From the sequence record LR756504.1: a stretch of DNA of 64,000 nucleotides; one strand, written 5' to 3'. Below the pieces are notes generated by a model that saw nothing but the letters and a program-made list of their open reading frames with translations, ran no database searches and was not told where the DNA came from. A program made the translations under genes and the position numbers. Shown here piece after piece: positions 19,974-29,182 of the stretch (position 1 is the stretch's first letter; each line of letters starts with the position of its first letter).

Positions 19974-20022
19974 AACATAGGCTTTTAATTTTGCTATAAT
20001 AAGCAGATAAAATATAAATTTT

Positions 20023-20592
20023 ATGAGAAATTCAATAATAGAAGAAGTAACAGAAGCAACTGCTGTATTATATAGATTTGCAAGCAATGAGAAGAACATT
20101 GCTAAAATAGAAGCATCTGCATCAATTCTGATAGATGCTTTTAAAAAAGGTAATAAGGTAATAACTTGTGGTAATGGTAGCTCTCATTGTGATGCTATGC
20201 ACTTTGCAGAAGAGCTAACTGGTAGATATAAAGAAGACAGAAAACCTTTACCAGCAATTGTAATATCAGATACATCATACATATCATGTGTATCTAATGA
20301 TTACGGTTATTCAGAAGTATTTAGTAGATATGTAGAAGCACTCGGAAAAGAAGGAGATGTTCTTTTTGCTATATCTACATCTGGAAATTCTGAAAATATT
20401 ATTAAAGCTATAGAAGTAGCTAGAAATAAAGGCATGAAAGTTATAGGATTAACTGGTAAGCATGGTGGTAAAATGAAAGGTGTGTGTGATATTGAAATAA
20501 GAGTACCACATTTTAAATATGCTCATAGAATTCAAGAAGTACATATAAAAATTATTCATATTCTAATAAATTTGATAGAAAAATCATTATGA
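20023..20592 (+). CDS. gmhA: Phosphoheptose (sedoheptulose-7-phosphate) isomerase
   Basis: [39 protein letters not shown]. Confidence 0.93.
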   Translation: MRNSIIEEVTEATAVLYRFASNEKNIAKIEASASILIDAFKKGNKVITCGNGSSHCDAMHFAEELTGRYKEDRKPLPAIVISDTSYISCVSNDYGYSEVFSRYVEALGKEGDVLFAISTSGNSENIIKAIEVARNKGMKVIGLTGKHGGKMKGVCDIEIRVPHFKYAHRIQEVHIKIIHILINLIEKSL

Positions 20593-21263
20593 AAGTAATT
20601 ACTATTGGAGATATTCATGGTAGAGATCATTGGAAAAAAATAAATCCATATGAGTGGGATTTAATTATATTTATAGGTGATTATGTGGATTCTTTTAATC
20701 ATAGTGGACAAAGATGTTTAGAAAATTTAAGAGAGATTATAGAATTTAAGGAGATGTATAATGATAGAGTTATACTACTTTTAGGTAATCACGATATTCA
20801 TTATTTATACTTAGATACTCAATGGAGAGGTGCTGGTTTCGATGCAGAAATGATTCCTTATTATAGACACATCTTTAGTAATTACTATAATTTTCAAATA
20901 GCATATCAAAAAGATAATTATTTATGGACGCATGCGGGTGTAAATAAATGTTGGTTTGATAAACACATACCAAATACATCTAATTTGGAAATAGCTAATG
21001 TTATTAATGAATTACAGATAACTCAGGAAGGTAGAGAAGCTTTATTTAATATGGGATATGCAAGAGGTGGGATTGGATATGGTGGTCCTATTTGGTGTGG
21101 TAAAAAAGAAATGTATAGAGACCCTCTTACAAATTTCATACAAATAGTCGGCCATACACCTGTTAAAGAAATTGAGCAGGAAAATAGCAAGGAAGATAAT
21201 AGCACAATTTATTACATAGATTGTTTGCGTGATAGAGTAGACTTCTTACAACTAACAATTTAA
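20589..21263 (+). CDS. Calcineurin-like metallophosphoesterase
   Basis: GDIHG, GDYVD, GNHD, THAG, GHTP. Confidence 0.88.
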   Translation: MKVITIGDIHGRDHWKKINPYEWDLIIFIGDYVDSFNHSGQRCLENLREIIEFKEMYNDRVILLLGNHDIHYLYLDTQWRGAGFDAEMIPYYRHIFSNYYNFQIAYQKDNYLWTHAGVNKCWFDKHIPNTSNLEIANVINELQITQEGREALFNMGYARGGIGYGGPIWCGKKEMYRDPLTNFIQIVGHTPVKEIEQENSKEDNSTIYYIDCLRDRVDFLQLTI

Positions 21264-21264
21264 A

Positions 21265-21654
21265 ATGGGAAAGATTTTACAAAATGCAGCATATTGTTTA
21301 AAATGTGATACTTATATCATTTCTACACATACACACGATTATATAACATGTTATTGTGGTAATATTGCTGTAGATGGTGGAAGTGAATATTTAAAGCGTT
21401 CTATTGATGAAAAAGAATCTTACGATGATTTCAGCTTAAATACCGAAAGTATCCCAGAAGAAATTAGAGCAAAATTGTTATGGGGCTCAAGAGGTAAGGA
21501 TGGTACAGAACCGTTAAAATTTTTACCAATTGGACAAAGAGAAACTGATCATTTAGAGGCTATTTTGAAAACACAAACTCAAATAAATGAGTTATATAAA
21601 ACTGCAATAAGAACAGAATTAAGAATAAGAAAAATATCGAACGCATCATTCTAA
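21265..21654 (+). CDS. Zn-binding phage protein
   Basis: CLKC...HTHDYITCYCGNIAVDGG; ends RIRKISNASF. Confidence 0.65.
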   Translation: MGKILQNAAYCLKCDTYIISTHTHDYITCYCGNIAVDGGSEYLKRSIDEKESYDDFSLNTESIPEEIRAKLLWGSRGKDGTEPLKFLPIGQRETDHLEAILKTQTQINELYKTAIRTELRIRKISNASF

Positions 21655-21942
21655 TTCAGATTCATCCGTTCCATCATCTTCAATTTCTTCCTCTGACATT
21701 TGAATTAGATATAAAGTTAATTCTTGAAATATTTCATTCATCTGTGTATAATCGAACCATGTTGTACTATTTTCAAGAATTTCTAAAAATTCAACAAATG
21801 TATCTGTATCTGGCTGAAAATGAATAAATGCTTTATCATAGTCTAATCCTCTTTGATTAACGTATTGACAGAAGATAGAGTAAAAATCTTCTTCTTGTTC
21901 GGATGGTAATCCTTTATATTCTTCCCACTCGCTATAGTTCAC
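21646..21942 (-). CDS. Acidic hypothetical protein
   Basis: 98-aa ORF. Confidence 0.5.
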   Translation of the reverse strand: MNYSEWEEYKGLPSEQEEDFYSIFCQYVNQRGLDYDKAFIHFQPDTDTFVEFLEILENSTTWFDYTQMNEIFQELTLYLIQMSEEEIEDDGTDESELE

Positions 21943-23005
21943 TTTCTTTATTCTCTTTAATTTTACACTTTATATTTAAAAGACTTGGTGCTAAATGCTT
22001 TAAAGCGATAAGAATTTTTATATCATTACCATCAACTACTAATTCAACTATAAAATCTTTATTTTCATTAACTAAGAATCTTTCTTTAATATTAGTACTT
22101 GATTTTTCGATCCATTCTGATTTAGATGGAATATTAATTATATTCATTTTAGAATCAAATCTGAAATAAGATTCATCTGATATTGCATGATATTTCAATA
22201 AAATATTATGTACATCATCATATCTTTCATCATGTTCTTTAACAAGAGGGTATAATACATCTTTATTAAGAATATCATTCTTTATATTTAGATATTGAGA
22301 TTTGAATGTGCTGAAATCATTGAATGCATCAGGGGTTTTAGATAAATCAACATTCAAGTCATAAAAAGAACTGTAATATAATTTAGGTAAAGCTTCTATT
22401 TTAATTCCCAATCCTTTCATTTTAAAATTTCTATAAGTTTCCCAAGTTATTTCACCAATAATGTCTAAGAAATTAATATAATGCTTTAAAAATTCATCTT
22501 TCAAATTAGCTTTTACTAATTCTACCCATTTAGTAATTAATACATCCCAATTATCATGTGTATAAATTCTTCTAGCTGTAAATCCTAAGAATTTCTCTAT
22601 ATCAGTAAGTGATACTTTATCATCTACATTTTTGTTTCTTATTACATTATTATCAATTATTATACCACCATTATTTAAAATTTTAATAGATGATATATCT
22701 GCGAATTTTTCTTTTATTTTTAAAGATGCTTCAAAACATTTCTTTAACTTAGCCCAATCAGATTCAATATTTATACCTTTGATATTAATTAAATGTTGCT
22801 TTTCAATTTTTATTTCAGGAGTTTTTTTAATTTCAATTATAAGTCCTTGCCAAAATGAATTATCAGTTAAAAAGAAACGATTTTTCATAGAATTTAAAAA
22901 ATCAAAATACTCAGGTTTAAATACAGCTAATGCAGTTATAACCGAATAAATTAAAGGGAATTCACTTTTTCCTTCAGTTAAATATTCATTATATTTCTTA
23001 ACCAT
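21932..23005 (-). CDS. Hypothetical protein with CTS-like N-terminus (MVKKYNEYLTEG)
   Basis: 357-aa ORF. Confidence 0.6.
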   Translation of the reverse strand: MVKKYNEYLTEGKSEFPLIYSVITALAVFKPEYFDFLNSMKNRFFLTDNSFWQGLIIEIKKTPEIKIEKQHLINIKGINIESDWAKLKKCFEASLKIKEKFADISSIKILNNGGIIIDNNVIRNKNVDDKVSLTDIEKFLGFTARRIYTHDNWDVLITKWVELVKANLKDEFLKHYINFLDIIGEITWETYRNFKMKGLGIKIEALPKLYYSSFYDLNVDLSKTPDAFNDFSTFKSQYLNIKNDILNKDVLYPLVKEHDERYDDVHNILLKYHAISDESYFRFDSKMNIINIPSKSEWIEKSSTNIKERFLVNENKDFIVELVVDGNDIKILIALKHLAPSLLNIKCKIKENKESEL

Positions 23006-23082
23006 TTAGAGCATTGTTTTTGTTATATATTAATTTTTACAGTTGTATTGATAGTTTGAATAGAAAAAATAATATATAGAAT

Positions 23083-23715
23083 ATGAAATATTTGAAAAGA
23101 TTTAAGTTGTTTGAGAAATCATTGGAAGAAGCGGTAGAAGAATTAAAAGACTTTCAAAAGGAATTAGACATTAACTCAAATCTTACTAAGCTCATAAAAT
23201 CTATAGATGGCATCGAATTAGAACTTAGTACGATATTCGAACATTTATTAGGCGATGAAGATATTACGGAATTAGAAGATGATCCTAAATTTAATAATGA
23301 ATTATCCGATAGAAATTTAAAAATTAGTGAATTATTTGATACAGAGGAATCAGCCACTTTAATAAAGCTAAGACTTAAATACTATTGGATTTATACAACA
23401 GATTCAACAGAATTGGATACACCTGTTTATATTCTACTACAATGGGTAAATAAAGACAACACACTATCAAATATAAGACTTTTTTACGTACAGAAAGATA
23501 TAACAAATTTCTATGATGAATTATCAACTGTTAAAATGATAGTGAAACAAAAAGATAAAAAAAGCAATAAATGGATTTACATTAGTAGTAATTCTGGACA
23601 AAATTGGGTATTACAAAATGCCGAAAATGCTACAACAACTTTTAAACAGACTTTAAATGCTGAAGATGTTGAAGAGCTATCAAAACACCCCGATGTTATA
23701 GTAGTTTTTGAATAA
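23083..23715 (+). CDS. Hypothetical protein with CTS-like N-terminus (MKYLKRFKLFE)
   Basis: 210-aa ORF; AATATATAG 4 nt upstream. Confidence 0.6.
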   Translation: MKYLKRFKLFEKSLEEAVEELKDFQKELDINSNLTKLIKSIDGIELELSTIFEHLLGDEDITELEDDPKFNNELSDRNLKISELFDTEESATLIKLRLKYYWIYTTDSTELDTPVYILLQWVNKDNTLSNIRLFYVQKDITNFYDELSTVKMIVKQKDKKSNKWIYISSNSGQNWVLQNAENATTTFKQTLNAEDVEELSKHPDVIVVFE

Positions 23716-23751
23716 TTTTTACTAATATATATAGCTAAATAGTAGATAGTT

Positions 23752-24096
23752 ATGTTTAAAATTTTATTGTCTAAAATATCTCAATCATTAGTTGATCACT
23801 TAGGTAAAGTGAGTCAAGTTAGAGTTCAGTCGTATTTTATTTTAGCTGAAATTATAATTACTGGATTTTTTTTCTTGGCAATAGAAGCTGCTAATGCATA
23901 TCAATTTATTTTTGTAGATAATAAACCGTATGCGCCTACTACGCAGTCTATAGTTGTTTTTGGTATGGTATTAGCGCATCATTTAGTAATGCTAGGTTTA
24001 AAGTCTGGTTCAGAAGCTACTTCTTTCCCAAGTTTAGATAAAAAAGTCATTATTCCTAAATCCGATGATGTGTGTGATAATACGCAACCAAAGTAA
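23752..24096 (+). CDS. Two-TM membrane protein
   Basis: Hydrophobic segments YFILAEIIITGFFFLAI and IVVFGMVLAHHLVMLGL. Confidence 0.55.
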   Translation: MFKILLSKISQSLVDHLGKVSQVRVQSYFILAEIIITGFFFLAIEAANAYQFIFVDNKPYAPTTQSIVVFGMVLAHHLVMLGLKSGSEATSFPSLDKKVIIPKSDDVCDNTQPK

Positions 24097-24121
24097 GATA
24101 TATAAAAAAAGGTTATGATAA

Positions 24122-24460
24122 ATGAGTAAAATACAACCAAAACAAATTGATTTATATACCGATCCTAACTTTACTTCATCATCGGATCAACTCATACCAT
24201 CTCAAAAAGCAACTAAGATTTATGTTAATACTCAAATACAGAGTAATAAATATCATGCTCTTCTGATATCTGGACAAAATTCATATGATGTTATTCATAA
24301 TATGAATAATTATTATCTATCCATAGATGTATGGACAGTATCAGGTATTATTCCAGTTGAAAAAATATACCCTCAAATTTTGATTATTGATAGTAACACA
24401 GTAAGAATAAATTTCAATTCTGCTACTACAGAGGATACTATGATGGTAATAAAGGCATAA
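24122..24460 (+). CDS. Hypothetical beta-rich protein, possibly virion-associated
   Basis: 112-aa ORF starting MSKIQPKQID. Confidence 0.45.
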   Translation: MSKIQPKQIDLYTDPNFTSSSDQLIPSQKATKIYVNTQIQSNKYHALLISGQNSYDVIHNMNNYYLSIDVWTVSGIIPVEKIYPQILIIDSNTVRINFNSATTEDTMMVIKA

Positions 24461-24465
24461 AAAGG

Positions 24466-26520
24466 TTATACCGCTCCATTTTTTTTAATTGTTTTAGAAG
24501 CCTCTTTAAGTTTTTTCTTTTCCTCTTTATTTTTAATTCTTTCTTCTTTTATAAAAGTTTTTAATTCAAGTACTGATTTAAATTTAGGTTCTATAAATTC
24601 ATTTTTAACATTGACATACCCCCATAAATTATTGACTTTAAATATAGCATCGTTTGCATATAATTTTATTAAATCATAAATTGGTGGTATAACTTCTTCA
24701 AAAGTGTTTATATTTATTATACCCCGCTTACGATTACTATGAGTAATTAAAAAATTACTTTTTTTAACTGTACGAGATGTATCAAACCAATGATAATTTC
24801 TATCAGCAGATACTACGATTTCTCCTTTTGATATATCGAACAATTCAGCTTTTCTGGTATTGTCAACATTTTTACCAACACTAAACAAATAAGTTCCGTG
24901 AATTTGACTACAAAAATCCCATTCATTGCTGTAAATTTCATTACCATTAGAATCTAAAAAAACTTCTACTTTTTTTTTATCTACGAATTTAGTTGCTTTA
25001 TAAAATATTTTTCCTATATCACTTAAAATAACACGAATTTTATCAATTATTGTATATTTGAATTCGGTAATAAACTTCATTTGTTCAATGTCATAAATTG
25101 CATGTATTCTACAGTTGTTAATATTTTTTGAAATATTAAGATGACTATCACTAAGAAAATGTATACTATGACAAGAATCAATTATAACTTCTCCTTTTTC
25201 ATTTAATATTTTTTGTTCAGTTAAGTAAGAAGATACATTCGATACAATAGAAAATAATACTTTATCATTTGGACATATAATAGCATTTATATAACTACCA
25301 TTAATAGATTTGAAATCAAACAAAAACTCTTTTGTTTCAATATTGAAAATAGTAGTTACATTATTATTCTTAGCAAACACCAAATTTTTAGAATTTCCTG
25401 CTTTATAAATATTTAAATATTTATTTTCTAATATTATATTATTATCTACATCAATAATGCCATATAAACCTTTTTCGTTGCAATTAATAGCATATTTTTC
25501 CGAAATAACTTGTAAATTATTAAAATAGATAATTTCAATAGCATTGACAACTTTACCATCTTTATCTAAAAAAATACCACCATAAAGATTTTTACCACTA
25601 ACATTTCTTTTCATAAGTTTGTAAAATGTTGTAGATTTAATGTTATTATCCACAGCAATATGATCATAATCAGCATTGATAATGAAATCTCCACTTTTAT
25701 TCATTATACCATATTTATTATTTAAACTGTTAAAAATAACTACAAAATTGTTATTCATGCTTTGTTGTATAATAGTATATGTTTTTCCTAAACCAAACAT
25801 AACAGATTGCTTACCATCGTTATAAAGGCTCTTATTTAAACTATAAACACCCCTTCTTTCGGTTTGTAGTTTATTCAACCACGCATCAATAGTCTCTTTG
25901 AATCCTGTTCTATCAGTACCATATACTCTATTTTCAGTAACTAATAATGTATCTTTATCATTTACAAAAGGTTTAATTAATACCCTCGCAACTGGATTTT
26001 TAATGTTTAAATCATTATCTCTGATTAGATATGCAATAAGAGTTCCTACTTTAACATCTTCTGCTACATATTTTTTATTTTGTCCTGTTTGAAGGTGCAT
26101 ACAAGAAGTCCAACCTCTACCTGTACTCATTGACATAATATCTAATGGGTGTTTAGAAATAACTACTTTTAACCCACTGAGTTTAACGCCCACTCTTGTA
26201 ACATCAGAATCAAATTTATTTTTTAATTCGGGATTTATTCTTTGTAATAATCTCCCTATTTTAAATTCATTCTTTGTATTTTCTTTTTTTGTCGCAACTC
26301 CCACACTATAATCTTTTAAAGAATAGCCGTTTTCCGATAAAGCTTTGGATACTATCAGTTGAATTTCTGAAATTGTTCTTTCTATAGGTTGTTCACCTAT
26401 CATATTTAGATAAATTCGGTGTTTATTACCAAACCATTCAGCATATCTAGTATCCCCGTGTACAGTTTTCCATATTTTATGGTAATTTCTTATTTCATGT
26501 AGTTTTACAATAGCTTTCAT
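24466..26520 (-). CDS. SCM-type domain fused to WG-repeat region
   Basis: FKIGRLL, GRGWTSCM, VARVLIKPF, ENRVYG; then KYGIMNKSG, LYGIIDVDN, KRGIININ, LWGYVNVKN repeats. Confidence 0.65.
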   Translation of the reverse strand: MKAIVKLHEIRNYHKIWKTVHGDTRYAEWFGNKHRIYLNMIGEQPIERTISEIQLIVSKALSENGYSLKDYSVGVATKKENTKNEFKIGRLLQRINPELKNKFDSDVTRVGVKLSGLKVVISKHPLDIMSMSTGRGWTSCMHLQTGQNKKYVAEDVKVGTLIAYLIRDNDLNIKNPVARVLIKPFVNDKDTLLVTENRVYGTDRTGFKETIDAWLNKLQTERRGVYSLNKSLYNDGKQSVMFGLGKTYTIIQQSMNNNFVVIFNSLNNKYGIMNKSGDFIINADYDHIAVDNNIKSTTFYKLMKRNVSGKNLYGGIFLDKDGKVVNAIEIIYFNNLQVISEKYAINCNEKGLYGIIDVDNNIILENKYLNIYKAGNSKNLVFAKNNNVTTIFNIETKEFLFDFKSINGSYINAIICPNDKVLFSIVSNVSSYLTEQKILNEKGEVIIDSCHSIHFLSDSHLNISKNINNCRIHAIYDIEQMKFITEFKYTIIDKIRVILSDIGKIFYKATKFVDKKKVEVFLDSNGNEIYSNEWDFCSQIHGTYLFSVGKNVDNTRKAELFDISKGEIVVSADRNYHWFDTSRTVKKSNFLITHSNRKRGIININTFEEVIPPIYDLIKLYANDAIFKVNNLWGYVNVKNEFIEPKFKSVLELKTFIKEERIKNKEEKKKLKEASKTIKKNGAV

Positions 26521-26784
26521 TCGGGGACAATTAAATATCTATTCACCAAATGTAAAATAAAAAAATGATATATGCAAATAAATAGCTATGAAATGTGGGA
26601 AAAATACTCATTTTTATGTTGTATATAACACATTTTTAACGGCTTATATATTAAAAAGATACAATACCATTTTTTTGGTTTTTTGGAATCTTCCTTTTTA
26701 TAGATGATATATAACATCTCTTAAAAATTTTTATCAAAATTATATAAAACCAAACACAGAAAAAAATAATAATAGTTAAATAAA

Positions 26785-28002
26785 ATGAAAAATGATATGA
26801 ATCAAATTGTAGTTGTAAAGCGAAACGGTAAAAAAGAGTCAGTTAAGCTTGAAAAAATTCTACACAGAATTGACAAAGAAAGTTATGGATTGAATTCTCA
26901 ATGGATTCAACCAATGGAAATAGCAAAAAAAGTAATAGCGGGTATTTATAGTGGTGTAACTACTAAAGAACTAGATAAATTGAGCATCGAGACTGCTGCA
27001 TCATTAACAACTAAACACCCAGATTATTCTACACTTGCTGCAAGATTAGCAATCACAACTTTACACAAGGACACTAAAAGATATTTTTCTGAATGTGTAG
27101 AAGACTTATATAATTTTATTAATAAGGAAACTAATAGACATGCGCCTTTAGTAAGTGAAGAATTTTATAATATCGTTAAAGAAAATGCTGACGAATTAGA
27201 TTCTGCTATTGTTGCGTCTCGCGATTTCATGTTTGATTATTTCGGATACAAAACATTAGAAAAATCATACTTATTAAAAATTGATGATGCTGTAGCAGAA
27301 AGACCTCAATATTTATTTATGAGAACGGCATTAGGTATTCACGGTAGAGATATTGAATCTGTATTAAAAACTTATGATTTGATTTCACAGGGGTATTTTA
27401 CGCATGCTACACCAACATTATTTAATGCTGGTACAACAAGACCCCAACTTTCGAGTTGTTTTCTTTTAAAATTACATTCTGATTCAATTGAAGGAATTTT
27501 TGAAACAATTAAAGATACTGCATTAATTTCCAAAAATGCTGGTGGTATAGGCATTGCCATCTCAAATGTTAGAGCGGCTGGTTCTTATATCACTGGTACT
27601 AACGGACGCTCTAACGGATTAATACCATTCTTGAAAATATTTGACTCATGTGCTAGGGCGGTTGATCAGTGTTTTTTAGAAGGTACTAAAATTGTAACTA
27701 ATAAAGGTTTAGTAGAAATTAACAATCTTAAAGAAGGTGATTTAGTTCTTACATCCGATGGGAAATTTAATCCAGTTGAAACTAAATTGTCATTTACAAA
27801 AGAAACAGCTAGGATAGTTAAAATTAAAACTGCTAAAGGTGAACAAGAAGTAACTGAAGAGCATAATATATTAGTTATCCAAAATATAGAAAAAGATTTA
27901 GATAAAGAAACAATTAAAAAAAGAATATTAACTGGACTTTATCCAATAGAATGGAAGAAAGCAAAAGATTTAGTTATAACAGATAGAATATTAAAATATT
28001 AA
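26785..28002 (+). CDS. nrdA: RNR class Ia alpha subunit, N-terminal fragment fused to N-half of a split intein
   Basis: ATP-cone (VVKRNG), ERPQY, THATPTLFNAG, LSSCFLL, AGGIG, ...AVDQ then intein block A CFLEGT. Confidence 0.93.
   Translation: MKNDMNQIVVVKRNGKKESVKLEKILHRIDKESYGLNSQWIQPMEIAKKVIAGIYSGVTTKELDKLSIETAASLTTKHPDYSTLAARLAITTLHKDTKRYFSECVEDLYNFINKETNRHAPLVSEEFYNIVKENADELDSAIVASRDFMFDYFGYKTLEKSYLLKIDDAVAERPQYLFMRTALGIHGRDIESVLKTYDLISQGYFTHATPTLFNAGTTRPQLSSCFLLKLHSDSIEGIFETIKDTALISKNAGGIGIAISNVRAAGSYITGTNGRSNGLIPFLKIFDSCARAVDQCFLEGTKIVTNKGLVEINNLKEGDLVLTSDGKFNPVETKLSFTKETARIVKIKTAKGEQEVTEEHNILVIQNIEKDLDKETIKKRILTGLYPIEWKKAKDLVITDRILKY
27670..27999 (+). mobile_element. Split intein, N-half (110 aa)
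   Basis: Starts CFLEGTKIVT; block B VTEEHNIL; ends at stop 28000-28002. Confidence 0.88.
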
Positions 28003-28067
28003 AATTTATTTTTAATATTTAAAGTAATTAGTCCATAAGGATTAATTAAAAATTATTGAAATTAAAT

Positions 28068-28979
28068 ATGTCAAAAATAATCACAACAGAAGATTTTATA
28101 TTAAATGCTAAACAAAAACATAACGATATTTACGACTATTCTTTAGTAGTTTATAAAAATGCTAAAGAAAAAATAAAAATTATATGTAAAATACATAATG
28201 AAATATTTACACAAACACCAAATTCACATCTACGTGGAAGTGGATGTCACTTATGTGGAAGAAAAAAAGTAGAGGATTCTATGCGATTATCAAATGAAAT
28301 ATTTATAGAAAAAGCTATATTAATACACGGATTAAAATATAACTATGACGAAATAAATTATATTGATTATTATACTAAGATTAAAATAAAATGTTCTTTA
28401 CATGGTGAATTTTTTCAACAACCTAGGAAACATTTATATGGTAATGGTTGTAAAAAATGTTGTGGTTTAATAAATAATTTTATAGATTTATGTAAAGAAA
28501 AATTTTCAGAATATAACTTTGATTATACAATTACTAAATATGAAGGTATGCGAAATAAAATCAAAGTAAATTGTTTAAAACATGGAATATTCGAAAAAAC
28601 GGCATCCAAATTCTACCACAGTAATCAAATATGTCCGAAGTGTGTCAATAGAACAATATCAAAATCTGAACATGATTGGTTAGATGATTTAAAAATACCA
28701 CAAATAAATAGAAATTATTATTTATTAATAGGTGATAAAACATATTGTTTAGATGGTATTGATTTAAAAAATAAAATTATATACGAATTTAATGGTGACT
28801 TTTTTCATGGTAATCCATCAAAATATAAAAATGATGATATAAACCCATTACTTAAAGAAACATTTGGTGAATTATATAAAAAAACTTTAGAAAAAGAAAA
28901 ATATATTTTGGAAAACAGCGATTTTAAAGTGGTATCTATATGGGAGAGTGAATATTTAAAAAGTAAAAATAAAAAATAG
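28068..28979 (+). mobile_element. Free-standing Vsr-like/PD-(D/E)xK homing endonuclease between the intein halves
   Basis: Three YDYS..Y...KIKIxCxxHG-type Zn repeats, LDGIDLKNKIIYEFNGDFFHG, VSIWESE; ATG at 28068 (track starts at TTG 28056). Confidence 0.85.
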
Positions 28980-28987
28980 AAATAAAT

Positions 28988-29182
28988 ATGAGTAAAGAAC
29001 AAATTGAAAGTGGAATGGAGTATATAGAATCTCCAGAAGAATTAAATTTAAATTTTGATTTAATTGATTTTGAGGAAATAGAAAGTGTTTCTATTGAAGA
29101 AGTTGAAAATGTAAAAGTATATGATTTAGAAATAAAAAATAATCATACGTATCAAGTTGATGGGCTAGGATTAGTTCATAAC
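28988..29182 (+). mobile_element. Split intein, C-half (65 aa)
   Basis: Own ATG; block F VYDLEIKNNHTY, block G LVHN; followed by GGG. Confidence 0.88.

Noticed and set aside
28003-28987. Endonuclease ORF sitting inside a second intron that would rejoin a contiguous intein
   Set aside because: Only about 65 nt upstream and 8 nt downstream flank the ORF, with no group I or II core elements; a split intein fits better.
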